Shown in pieces: positions 18,448-26,965 of a stretch of 26,965 nt of DNA; within the stretch, counting starts at the first letter, position 1, and each line of letters opens with the position of its first letter. The stretch comes from Promethearchaeota archaeon. Its GTDB lineage: Archaea > Asgardarchaeota > Lokiarchaeia > Sigyniarchaeales > SOKP01. A program made the position numbers and the translations under genes. The stretch is from the NCBI GenBank assembly GCA_048941265.1, contig JBHLNT010000044.1, positions 1-26,965 of the forward strand, in the 5' to 3' direction. Under the pieces are notes generated by a model that searched no databases, was not told the origin of the DNA, and saw only the letters and a list, made by a program, of their open reading frames with translations.

Positions 18448-18745
18448 ATTAAATGGGATCTTTATTTAATTCATCGATATATGGTAAATTTGGCAAGCAG
18501 TTTTGTCTTTACATGTTTACTTCATAAGAACATCAGCTAATCGTTATATTTAGAGAAGATTTAAGTCTTAAATTAGCTAATATTATTAGAAATTATATTA
18601 ATTATCTTGAGCCTTAATAATTGTTAGTGGATACTAATAAAATTTCCATTATTCATAATACTTCAATTATAAGACATTAAGATAGAAGGGAGATAATCAA
18701 TTTTGAACCCATAGAAATTCTTTCGAACGTAGAATTTCTAATTTT
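18448..18745 (+). pseudogene. Possible heavily eroded GT4 glycosyltransferase fragment
   Basis: One frame reads GKFGKQFCLYMFTS*EHQLIVIFREDLSLKLANIIRNYINYLEP**LLVDTNKISIIHN...PIEIL, resembling the GT4 N-domain pattern E..SLK.AD.I.....L.......GV...KI.VI.N. Pattern recognition only. Confidence 0.3.
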
Positions 18746-18764
18746 AATAGTTATATTTATATAT

Positions 18765-20063
18765 TTAATTTTTAAAAATCTCTAAGACAGTTCCTTTCAT
18801 ATAATTTGGTTTCTTTATGTTTAATAATTTTAAAATTGTAGGAGCAACACTTAAATAATTAACAATTTCTTTTTGACCTTTCACAATATCCTTTCCATAC
18901 GCCAAAAATAATCCCATTTCAGAATGATCAAACATATCCATTTTTACTTTCAAATATAATGCTGGTTCAATTCCAAAATAAAATTTATCTTTAAGGATGA
19001 TATATAAATCTGGGAATCCATCAATATTTGGCATTATAACATTCTTTATGTTTTTATCTTTTTTTAACATATTCATAATTTCTATGGTGTTTTTTTTTTC
19101 ATTTTCTTGTAGAAATAATGCACCTACATTTGAGGAAAATCGTCTTAAACTTACGTCTCTATAGTTATTACGGGAAAGATTTTTGGTATCTTTTATTCTC
19201 TTTTTTTGAAAATTTAAGATTTTAAAATAGAAAGACCTTAGTGGATTGTTCTTAATGTAAGGAGGCCGGATAAAATTATATAGTTTTAGTAAAATAGAAG
19301 TTAATATTTTACCGTTTCCAAAATTTATATATATTAATCCTTTTTTCTCGAGCCATCTTCTTATATTAAGTTCATTATCATAGTGTTTTAGTCCATGATC
19401 ACTAAATATAATAATATTCTCAACCTTTTTTTCCCTAAGAATTTCTCCGAGAAGCTTATCCAATTTTAGATATGATAGATATATAAGCCGTCTAGTTTGA
19501 TTTTCACCAGAGGAAGAAAAATGAGTTACAGTATCAGGTATTTTTGCTACATAAACCATAAATTCAAAATCTTCTTTTAATTTTCTTAAAAATAACTTTT
19601 TTCTAATTTCATAAGCTTTAAAAGCTTCAAAAACACTGTTTTCACTTTTAATCCAATTTTTTTCTAATATAAATTTTAATTCAGGTGGAAAACAATTAAG
19701 TGATGGAGCCATCATACCAGCTATCATCTCTCCATTTATTTTCCAGGCTGGATATGTTCCTGGTACATTTAAAATAAAAGATCTGGATTTGATGAGTGAA
19801 AATATTGAATAATTCTGCCATATATGGGAACTAAAAAGCCCCTTTACAGGGTGAACAAAGTCAAAATATCCTAATTGCTCAGGTGTCAGTCCTGAAAACA
19901 AACATGCCCAAGAAGGTACAGTAATAGGGGGGATCGTCTCTTCTAAGTTAGCAAAAAAGCCATTTTCTATAATCTTTTTTATATTAGGTAATAGGTTCTC
20001 TTTTAATAATGGCTCAATATGCTCAAAACAGCCTCCATCAATGCCAATAACTATATTAGTTAT
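18765..20063 (-). CDS. Alkaline phosphatase superfamily protein (type I phosphodiesterase/nucleotide pyrophosphatase); extends 54 codons upstream of the ORF-track start
   Basis: The frame stays open from TTG 19901 up to ATA 20063, adding TNIVIGIDGGC...LPNIKKI...TIPPITVPSWACL (metal Asp and Thr nucleophile). Downstream motifs LNVPGTYP, PDTVTH, FSDHG, DHSEMGLF, VAPTIL. Confidence 0.88.
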   Translation of the reverse strand: MTNIVIGIDGGCFEHIEPLLKENLLPNIKKIIENGFFANLEETIPPITVPSWACLFSGLTPEQLGYFDFVHPVKGLFSSHIWQNYSIFSLIKSRSFILNVPGTYPAWKINGEMIAGMMAPSLNCFPPELKFILEKNWIKSENSVFEAFKAYEIRKKLFLRKLKEDFEFMVYVAKIPDTVTHFSSSGENQTRRLIYLSYLKLDKLLGEILREKKVENIIIFSDHGLKHYDNELNIRRWLEKKGLIYINFGNGKILTSILLKLYNFIRPPYIKNNPLRSFYFKILNFQKKRIKDTKNLSRNNYRDVSLRRFSSNVGALFLQENEKKNTIEIMNMLKKDKNIKNVIMPNIDGFPDLYIILKDKFYFGIEPALYLKVKMDMFDHSEMGLFLAYGKDIVKGQKEIVNYLSVAPTILKLLNIKKPNYMKGTVLEIFKN

Positions 20064-20071
20064 TTAAAAAA

Positions 20072-20075
20072 CACC
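20072..20075 (-). promoter_or_regulatory. Probable Shine-Dalgarno (GGTG) for the ATA-initiated gene
   Basis: Minus strand GCTGGTGTTTTTTAAATAACT: GGTG lies 8 nt before ATA 20063. Confidence 0.45.
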
Positions 20076-20315
20076 AGCTAATATCATTAAGCTAAATTAT
20101 GATGTTAATTAAAAGGGTTTAATCCATAAAAATATTAAGTTTTTGGGCTTATCTCCAGATTTTACAAATTCTTTAGTATTAATTTAATAGTTTAAAAACC
20201 ATATTAACGTATATAAAAACAAATTTATTATTCTTACAAGTTATAATTTTATCTAATATATAAGATTAAATTATAATATACTTAAAATATGATAATTTAT
20301 TAAAAATTAGAACTT

Positions 20316-21467
20316 ATGCCTAAAATCTATTTATCTTGTCTCTACAAATATGATGGGAAGAGTAGAACTGAATTAAAAAGTAATCAAAAAAGGATAAAAA
20401 AGAAAATAATTTCTGATTTTAAGAATGGAATTATAAAATGGGAAAGAGCAAATTGTAGATGTTCTTCTAATAATGATCTGGTTATTGCGATGAAAGATCG
20501 TTTAGGATTTAAGCTGCGAATTGTTTTATGCCAAAATTGTGGTTTAGTTCGAGCAAATCCTCGGATATCTGAAAAGGATATCGGTATATTCTATGAAAAA
20601 TATTATAGAGAACTATTTTCATATGGCCCTAATGATATGAATGAAGAGGAAATTCTCTCACACACTTTCAAAAGAGAAAAAGAAAGAGGAAGGGAAATTT
20701 TGAATTTCATAAAAAAAAACACTCTTTTAACTAATGGAGTGGTATTTGATTTTGGAGCGGGAACTGGGGGAATGTTAAAAATTTTTAAAGATGCCGGTTT
20801 TGAAACATTTGGAGTGGATCTTAATATGAATTTTTTAAATTTTGGTGTAAACCAAGGTTTAAATTTAAAAAAAGGTAGCATAGATGAATTGAAAAATTAT
20901 CCCAAAAAAGCTGATTTAATTATCGCTTCTCATATTCTCGAACATCTACATAGAATTGATGATTGTTTAAAAAAAATTCGGGCATGTTTAAAAAATAATG
21001 GTTATTTTTTTATAGAACTCCCAGGAATCTTTAACCAGAGGGATTTTTTAGAATTTTTTGTGATTGAACATCTATATTATTTCTCATTGTTAACTTTGAA
21101 AAAAGTCTTAGGTGAAAATGGTTTTCATTTAATTGCTGGTAATGAAAAAATTAGAGGATTATTCCAAAAATCATCTCAAAAACATAATCTCAGAATTTCA
21201 AAAGAAGATATAAAGGACATTTTAGATTATTTTAGAATAGGTGATATTCCTTTACCTATAAATGCTTCTAATTTAATCAAGAATAAAAAGAAATTAAAGA
21301 ATATAATCATAATGGCAGTTGTTACTATGCTCTATAAAACACGAATTATTAATTTATTAGCATTTTTAAAAGATATATTTCTTAACTTGCATTTAAATAA
21401 ATTATTTATATTTAAAGTTCTTTTTAAACAACTTTTTTCTTATTCTAGTCCCGAATTAAAGAAATAA
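20316..21467 (+). CDS. Class I SAM-dependent methyltransferase with N-terminal Cys (Zn-binding) motif
   Basis: CRC...CQNCGLVRANPR, VFDFGAGTGG, GVDLN, SHILEHL, LKNNGYFFIELP, EHLYYFS. Confidence 0.88.
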   Translation: MPKIYLSCLYKYDGKSRTELKSNQKRIKKKIISDFKNGIIKWERANCRCSSNNDLVIAMKDRLGFKLRIVLCQNCGLVRANPRISEKDIGIFYEKYYRELFSYGPNDMNEEEILSHTFKREKERGREILNFIKKNTLLTNGVVFDFGAGTGGMLKIFKDAGFETFGVDLNMNFLNFGVNQGLNLKKGSIDELKNYPKKADLIIASHILEHLHRIDDCLKKIRACLKNNGYFFIELPGIFNQRDFLEFFVIEHLYYFSLLTLKKVLGENGFHLIAGNEKIRGLFQKSSQKHNLRISKEDIKDILDYFRIGDIPLPINASNLIKNKKKLKNIIIMAVVTMLYKTRIINLLAFLKDIFLNLHLNKLFIFKVLFKQLFSYSSPELKK

Positions 21468-21570
21468 TTCATTTTCCTTTACATATCCATTATTTTTACC
21501 TAAATTAATTGTATTGCCTACTTTACAATTTTTTTCTGGAAAAATTATGTTTAGAAATTAAATTAATAGA
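21462..21570 (-). pseudogene. Possible remnant of an MscS mechanosensitive channel (beta-domain)
   Basis: IIFPEKNCKVGNTINLGKNNGYVKENELF aligns without gaps to the MscS pattern IILFEKPFKVGDxIxIGxxxGxVxEIGL. INLIS precedes it in a shifted frame. Confidence 0.45.
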
Positions 21571-21660
21571 TTTTCTAATTTTTAAATAATAATTAAAATC
21601 TAAAAAAAGAATGTTATAGTTTTCCTATTAAGGAAAAATTTAAAGTTAATTTTCAATAAT

Positions 21661-22854
21661 TTAAATTCCTTTCAATTTTTCTAAAGTGATTAATTTTTTT
21701 ATCTCCACATCTAGTTTATATTTCTCTCTTGAAGTCTCCCCTTCTTTTAAAAGAGAATAAAGAGAATGTCCATAAAAATTTCCAATTTTAATCTTTTTAT
21801 CAATCAGATTATTAACAGTGTGAATTATATCAAATAGAGAGACCTTATTATCATAAAATTTACCTCCGAATTCATTATTAGGGAATTTAACTAATAGTGG
21901 GATCTGTTTTTGTAGCTTAAATTGACCACTATGATAAAATGTAAAAAAGTCATATTTCGATAAATAAAAAGTCTTTATTTTTGGAAGAAATCTCAATCTC
22001 TTCTGTATTATTTCATTGTAGTTCATTAGGATAAAATTTTTTATTTTATCGTAAAACTTATGTAATCTTTTGGTAAAATGAAAACCTATATCACCCAAGC
22101 CCTCTCCATGATCAGATGTAATAATGATTAGAGAATCTGTATATATATTATTTTCTTTTAATAATTTAATTAAATCTTTAATATATGTTGATAGTATTTC
22201 ATATATCCGTGTAGAATAAACTTTTTTTACGAATTTTTCTGTTATTTCCTTATTTATAATCTTAGCCAGTAAATTTTGGCCAATTTCTTTAATATTTTCA
22301 CCTTCAATCTTGGCTTTTAAATATTCATTGATGTTATAATTATGATGAGTATTCCAAAAGTGTAAAAAAATAATATTCTTTCTTTCTTTATTGTCAATTA
22401 TATATTTTTTCCACTTTTCAGAAATTTTGTTTTTTTCGTCATCAGCACATTCAGTATAATCTTCAAATTTACTTCCAAATAGTTCTCTATTCCAATTGAA
22501 AGCCGGTTCAATTCCTAAGTCTCTGATAATATCATTTCGGTATGGTAATTTATTATTTAAACTAGGTTCTAAATTCCCTTTTAGAGGGTATAACCTTATA
22601 ATCGCTCCATTACAAAATGATCGTGATTTATATCCAAAATTCTTTAGCTGGGCAGGAAAGTTTTGATTTCTAGCTTTTCCAAAATAATCACCAAAAAAAA
22701 TTGTGTAATGTGATAAACACGTGGATGTGTAAATGGAGTGACAATTAGTAAATTGAACAAAATCATTTTTCAATTCATTTAGCTGACTTAAAAAACTGTC
22801 AAAGAAAAAATCTCTTCTCACGCTATCAAGTACAAGTAAAAATATATTCTTCAT
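21661..22854 (-). CDS. Sulfatase-like hydrolase/transferase (alkaline phosphatase superfamily)
   Basis: LLVLDSVRRD, TSTCLSHYTIFFG, FLHFWNTH, IIITSDHGEGLG, IPLLVKFP, VSLFDIIHT. Lacks the C/S-x-P-x-R motif. Confidence 0.82.
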   Translation of the reverse strand: MKNIFLLVLDSVRRDFFFDSFLSQLNELKNDFVQFTNCHSIYTSTCLSHYTIFFGDYFGKARNQNFPAQLKNFGYKSRSFCNGAIIRLYPLKGNLEPSLNNKLPYRNDIIRDLGIEPAFNWNRELFGSKFEDYTECADDEKNKISEKWKKYIIDNKERKNIIFLHFWNTHHNYNINEYLKAKIEGENIKEIGQNLLAKIINKEITEKFVKKVYSTRIYEILSTYIKDLIKLLKENNIYTDSLIIITSDHGEGLGDIGFHFTKRLHKFYDKIKNFILMNYNEIIQKRLRFLPKIKTFYLSKYDFFTFYHSGQFKLQKQIPLLVKFPNNEFGGKFYDNKVSLFDIIHTVNNLIDKKIKIGNFYGHSLYSLLKEGETSREKYKLDVEIKKLITLEKLKGI

Positions 22855-22981
22855 TCAAAAAGGATAATATTGTAATTTAATAATATGATAAAATAAAATC
22901 AAAACTATAAAAATTTCTTTAATAACATGCTTATAAATTACGAAATGTGTACAAATAAAAAGTTTTACTGATATTATGAAA

Positions 22982-24109
22982 TTAGGTTTCTAAGAATCGC
23001 TTGTATATTTTCTTATAATATTCCTTAGTGATTTTTTCCCAGCTATAATCCTGTACTGTATTAATAGCATTTTTAATCATATCTTCTCTCAATCCATCAT
23101 TTTCTATAATTTTTACCGAAGATTCATAAAGACTTTTTACGTCGTCTATATCTGTAATAAATCCATTTATACCATTATTAATAAGTTCTGGTGCCATTCC
23201 CATTCTAGTAGTTACGACTGGAACACCAGTAGCCATACTTTCTAATAATGCTAAAGGTCCGCCTTCATTTCTGGATGTTATGAGATATAAGTCTAATACA
23301 TTATAACATTCAACCACATCCCAATAATTATTCAGGAATATGTGAGTGTAGGGAATTTTATTTTTTTCTAATCTATTTTTAATATAAATTCTCCCCGGAC
23401 CAGTTAGAAGTATATGTATCTCAAAATTTTTATTTAACTCTTCCATTACTTCACAAAAAATATCAGGTCCTTTTCTCTCTACAGGTATTCCATTTTTCCA
23501 GTCATCTTTTTGAAATGAGCCTATGATGATTTTATCTTCAGGTAATTCAAATTTTTTTTTTAATTGCTTTCTCTTATCTTTGTTGTATCGCTTAAATTTT
23601 AATAAATCAACACCAAGAGGTATAACAACGATTTTCTTTTCCTCGAAACCAAATTCAATTAATTTTTTTTTCGAAATGATATTTGATGTCTGTATTAAAT
23701 CTAATTTTGTATTTAAATATCGAATTAATTTAGCGTAAGTTTCATCTGAAGGAATATGATGCCAAGAAAGGATATGGTTATTGGTTTTATCTAAATTAAT
23801 GATTGAATTTTTTCTGAATAAACATGTTATAGCTCCATAATGAATTATTTTTCTTTTTGCGAAATATTGAGAACCAATTTCAGCGTTAATAGAATAAAAT
23901 TTTCGCAAATTATGAGTTATATAATTACCAACCCATTCAATTGCCCAATTAGACTCCTCAACTAAAAATACTATTTCTGATTTAAATGTTAATAAGATTC
24001 TTTTCATAATCCTTAAACTTATGACTTTTTTTCTTACATAAATAAAGTCAATAAATTTAATTGCAACATTTAAAAGTCTAGTTTTTATAATATCATTTTT
24101 GGCATTCAT
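22982..24109 (-). CDS. GT4 family glycosyltransferase
   Basis: KIVVIPLGVD, KGPDIF, DLYLITSRNEGGPLALLESMATGVPVVTT, NGINGF, YSWE. Confidence 0.92.
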   Translation of the reverse strand: MNAKNDIIKTRLLNVAIKFIDFIYVRKKVISLRIMKRILLTFKSEIVFLVEESNWAIEWVGNYITHNLRKFYSINAEIGSQYFAKRKIIHYGAITCLFRKNSIINLDKTNNHILSWHHIPSDETYAKLIRYLNTKLDLIQTSNIISKKKLIEFGFEEKKIVVIPLGVDLLKFKRYNKDKRKQLKKKFELPEDKIIIGSFQKDDWKNGIPVERKGPDIFCEVMEELNKNFEIHILLTGPGRIYIKNRLEKNKIPYTHIFLNNYWDVVECYNVLDLYLITSRNEGGPLALLESMATGVPVVTTRMGMAPELINNGINGFITDIDDVKSLYESSVKIIENDGLREDMIKNAINTVQDYSWEKITKEYYKKIYKRFLET

Positions 24110-24721
24110 ATCTACTAATATTAATTATTGTAAAAAAAAATTAATCATCAATATTTTGATTTCATACTATTACTTCTAAAAGATCAAGAAACGTTTTAAA
24201 TCTTCCAAAGACAATATTAATTATTCATAAACACCTATAAGGGGTTTATTAAGGGATTTTAATATTGAATAGAAAAATTTAAATCATGAAGCTTTAAGTT
24301 TCTATGTTTAATTTTCAAATTTTTTATGAAATAATAATTTTTCTTTTTTCTAGTAATATTTTTAACAAATTTTCTAACCATTTAGGAACGTTCAGCAAAA
24401 AATTGAAATTTTTTAAATAACTACAATAATTAAATTAAACATAATTGATAGAATGCCTTAAATAAAACAGCGATAAGTAAAGTCAGACATGGAAAAATAC
24501 AAGTACCAAAAAATAGTTAAATTTTTAATTAACACAAGAAAGATTTGGCACTCCCTTTCCTTGTGCAAATGGATTAATTGTGCTTATCATAAAGAAAAAT
24601 TAAAATTTGAAGAATTATCATCATTAAAGTATAAGCATTTAGATGAGAAATTCTGTTAATAATCTTAAAAGGTTTGCTATATTATATTTCTTAAATAAAA
24701 TTATTCCGAGCCTAAAAGTAA

Positions 24722-25558
24722 ATGAGAAATGTCTTTTTTAATAAATATTTAGCTAAATTATACCATAGAGTAGGCGAGTTCTTCATTATACAATTGTTAA
24801 TCAAGATTATTTTAACTATTCATAGTACTGATAATATTTATATTAAAAAAATCAAAAACGAAATTACTCGAGTTTCAATAAAAAATATTTATTATTGGAA
24901 AATTTTACATTCACCAAAAAAAGAAGTTGAATCCGAATTTTTAGACTTTATCAAAGAGAAAATTTCTGAGCCAAGAATCATATTGGATTTAGGTTCTCGA
25001 GACGCGATGCAAAGTATTGAATTTTCTATAATATATCCTGGTGCTAAAATATTCGCATTTGAATGTAATCCCCCTGGTTTAAAGAAATGTAGAGATAATG
25101 TTGTAAACTTGGAAAATATTGAAATTGTTCCAAAAGCGGTTTATAACAAAAACGGAAAAATAAAGTTTTATTCAGTGGTTTCTAATAATATTGGTGGGAG
25201 TAGCTTGTTTAAATATAAAGTTAAAGGAAAACCAAAACAGAAAGAAATTGAAGTGGATGCTATAAGAATTGATACATGGGCAAAAAATAGAGGTATCGAT
25301 AAAATTGATTTGTGTTGGATGGATTTACAAGGAGCCGAATATGAAGCTTTGGAAGGGATGGGAGATCTTATTTTCAATGTTCAAGCTCTGTTCGTGGAAG
25401 TAGAACTCCAAGAGATATTTAGTGGTCAAAAATTATTCAATGATTTAACCGGTTTTTTAAAACAAAAAGGGTTTACAATGATAAAATATCATTCATTCAT
25501 ATCTAATTGGTGGGGCAATGCTATTTTTTTGAATGATAAATTAATTGAAAATAATTAG
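24722..25558 (+). CDS. FkbM family methyltransferase
   Basis: ILDLGSRD, FAFECNP, GGSSLF, IRIDTW, IDLCWMDLQGAEYEALEG, LKQKGF. Confidence 0.92.
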   Translation: MRNVFFNKYLAKLYHRVGEFFIIQLLIKIILTIHSTDNIYIKKIKNEITRVSIKNIYYWKILHSPKKEVESEFLDFIKEKISEPRIILDLGSRDAMQSIEFSIIYPGAKIFAFECNPPGLKKCRDNVVNLENIEIVPKAVYNKNGKIKFYSVVSNNIGGSSLFKYKVKGKPKQKEIEVDAIRIDTWAKNRGIDKIDLCWMDLQGAEYEALEGMGDLIFNVQALFVEVELQEIFSGQKLFNDLTGFLKQKGFTMIKYHSFISNWWGNAIFLNDKLIENN

Positions 25559-25577
25559 CATTCGTATAGAAGTAAAA

Positions 25578-26765
25578 TTATAGCAAATCAAGAATAATTT
25601 TACATCTTTCATTAAAAGTATGCTCTTTGGCTTTCTTATAAGCATTATTTATTAATTTTTCTCGTAGATCTTTATCTTTAGTTAACTTTTTAATTTTTTT
25701 GCTTAGATCGATTGGATCATCCACATTAGTAAATAAACATTCATTATTACTACAGATTTCGCTATTTCTTCCTATATTTGTAGCGATAAAAGGCCTTTTT
25801 GAAGCCATGTATTCAAAAATTTTTACTGGAGACATAAATTCTAGTGTAGGACAGTTTGATGAGAATGTTGCTAATAAAATATCTGCAGCCTTTAGATAAT
25901 AAGGGATTACCTTAAATGGTTGTACAGTCAAAAAAGTTATATCAGCTTGAATATTATTGGTTTTAATAAATTTTTTCCATATTTTAATTCTTTTTTTTCT
26001 ACTCCCAATAAAATAGAAAGAAAATTTTTCTTTGTTTAAGATATTTGCAGCATTTAAAACAACATCGATACCTCTATCTATATTTATAGCACCAGTATAG
26101 AGTATTAACGTCTTATTTAATGGTAAATTTAATTTTTTTCTTAGACTTAATTTATCTTCATTTATTCCATCAAATAACTTTAAATTAATAGCATTATCCA
26201 TTACCTTTATTTTATTTTCAAGAAAACCTACATTTATTAATTTTCGCTTAATGAAATTATTTAAAACCATAAATCCTTTAAAATACTTACTATTTTTTAA
26301 TTTTAATACATCCTTCATCTCCCAGATATTCTTATACCCATGTAAATCGATTACAGTTGGTATTTTATTAATAATATTGTTAAGTGCTGCTCTAAATGTA
26401 TCCCTACAGATTACTAATTCAAAATTATTTTTTTTACAATATTTACTTATTTTTATTTCTGGATCTAAGAAATCAAATAATTTTGGAAATAATAGGAGAA
26501 AATTAATGATAGGCAACATAAATTTAGATCTTCTAAAATAGAATAGTAGACTACCCTTGAAATATTTGATTTTAATACGATAATCAATATTGAAAAAATC
26601 ATGTACATTTTTTATTCTAAATTTCCATTTAGTTTGTTTAAATTCTTCAATTGCCAAAATTTCAACTTCATGACCTAATTCGAAAAACCCTTGTGCAAGT
26701 TTTAGCGTATTAATGACACTAGCATTAGGTCCTGGGATCAAATGTTTTATTATGCCTATTTTCAT
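25578..26765 (-). CDS. GT4 family glycosyltransferase
   Basis: GHEVEI, LYTGAINIDRG, AADIL, SPVKIFEYMASKRPFIAT. Confidence 0.92.
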   Translation of the reverse strand: MKIGIIKHLIPGPNASVINTLKLAQGFFELGHEVEILAIEEFKQTKWKFRIKNVHDFFNIDYRIKIKYFKGSLLFYFRRSKFMLPIINFLLLFPKLFDFLDPEIKISKYCKKNNFELVICRDTFRAALNNIINKIPTVIDLHGYKNIWEMKDVLKLKNSKYFKGFMVLNNFIKRKLINVGFLENKIKVMDNAINLKLFDGINEDKLSLRKKLNLPLNKTLILYTGAINIDRGIDVVLNAANILNKEKFSFYFIGSRKKRIKIWKKFIKTNNIQADITFLTVQPFKVIPYYLKAADILLATFSSNCPTLEFMSPVKIFEYMASKRPFIATNIGRNSEICSNNECLFTNVDDPIDLSKKIKKLTKDKDLREKLINNAYKKAKEHTFNERCKIILDLL

Positions 26766-26965
26766 CTTAATAGGGTAAATTTTGAGTCAATTGTTATTAT
26801 TCAATTAAATAAAGATTATAAACTTTATCTAAAACAATAATCTCATAATTTATTTCATAATTTTAATGAAAATCTATGAAGAAATTGACTTTCTTAAAAA
26901 ATTAGATAATTTTAATTAAGATAAATCGAAAAATTTAGAAATTATGGAATTAAATTAATTTTTGA

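Noticed and set aside
19090-19099. T10 tract (and other A/T runs) as phase-variation sites
   Set aside because: Expected by chance at this AT content; the frames are intact and there are no long G/C tracts.
24227-24249. Imperfect hairpin ATAAACACC-TATAA-GGGGTTTAT
   Set aside because: Weak, AT-rich stem with a mismatch, and not positioned after a gene end.
24489-24659. 56-aa ORF MEKYKYQK...DEKFC
   Set aside because: No RBS or motif; more likely part of a decayed gene or a chance ORF.
2788-26541. Short ORF-track entries (2788, 4518, 6126, 12101, 15707, 16929, 17418, 20603, 23523, 25168, 25699, 26251)
   Set aside because: They lie antisense to well-supported genes or relics and have no recognisable motifs; shadow ORFs.
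1-26965. CRISPR array, tRNA/rRNA, IS elements, integrase, defence or retroelement genes
   Set aside because: No periodic repeats, structured GC-rich RNA-like segments, terminal inverted repeats or corresponding protein motifs were seen by eye.

Overview
Very AT-rich window occupied entirely by a surface-glycan biosynthesis island. It is probably archaeal, and the frequent TTG starts, GGTG/GAGG-type RBSs and protein style suggest Lokiarchaeia/Asgard, but this is an inference only. It encodes an apparently complete nonulosonic-acid (legionaminic-type) pathway: PglF/CapD-type 4,6-dehydratase, DegT aminotransferase, hexapeptide acyltransferase, NeuC-type epimerase, NeuB synthase and SpsF-type cytidylyltransferase. 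Around this core are tailoring enzymes (N-acetyl-sugar amidotransferase, class III aminotransferase, three Gfo/Idh/MocA oxidoreductases, three methyltransferases, two alkaline-phosphatase-superfamily enzymes), a candidate HP-motif nonulosonate transferase, GT2/GT4 glycosyltransferases and an ABC-2 exporter. The most unusual signal is outside the ORF track: many 'intergenic' spacers are decayed gene pieces. These include a ~550-bp inverted duplication (4371-4923 vs 16183-16740) in which each copy kept the opposite gene, N- and C-terminal relics of an amidotransferase on opposite strands bracketing a possible ~5-kb inversion, a truncated acyltransferase, and weaker MscS-, GT4- and methyltransferase-like relics. 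One gene appears to start at ATA. No rRNA, tRNA, CRISPR array or transposase was seen.
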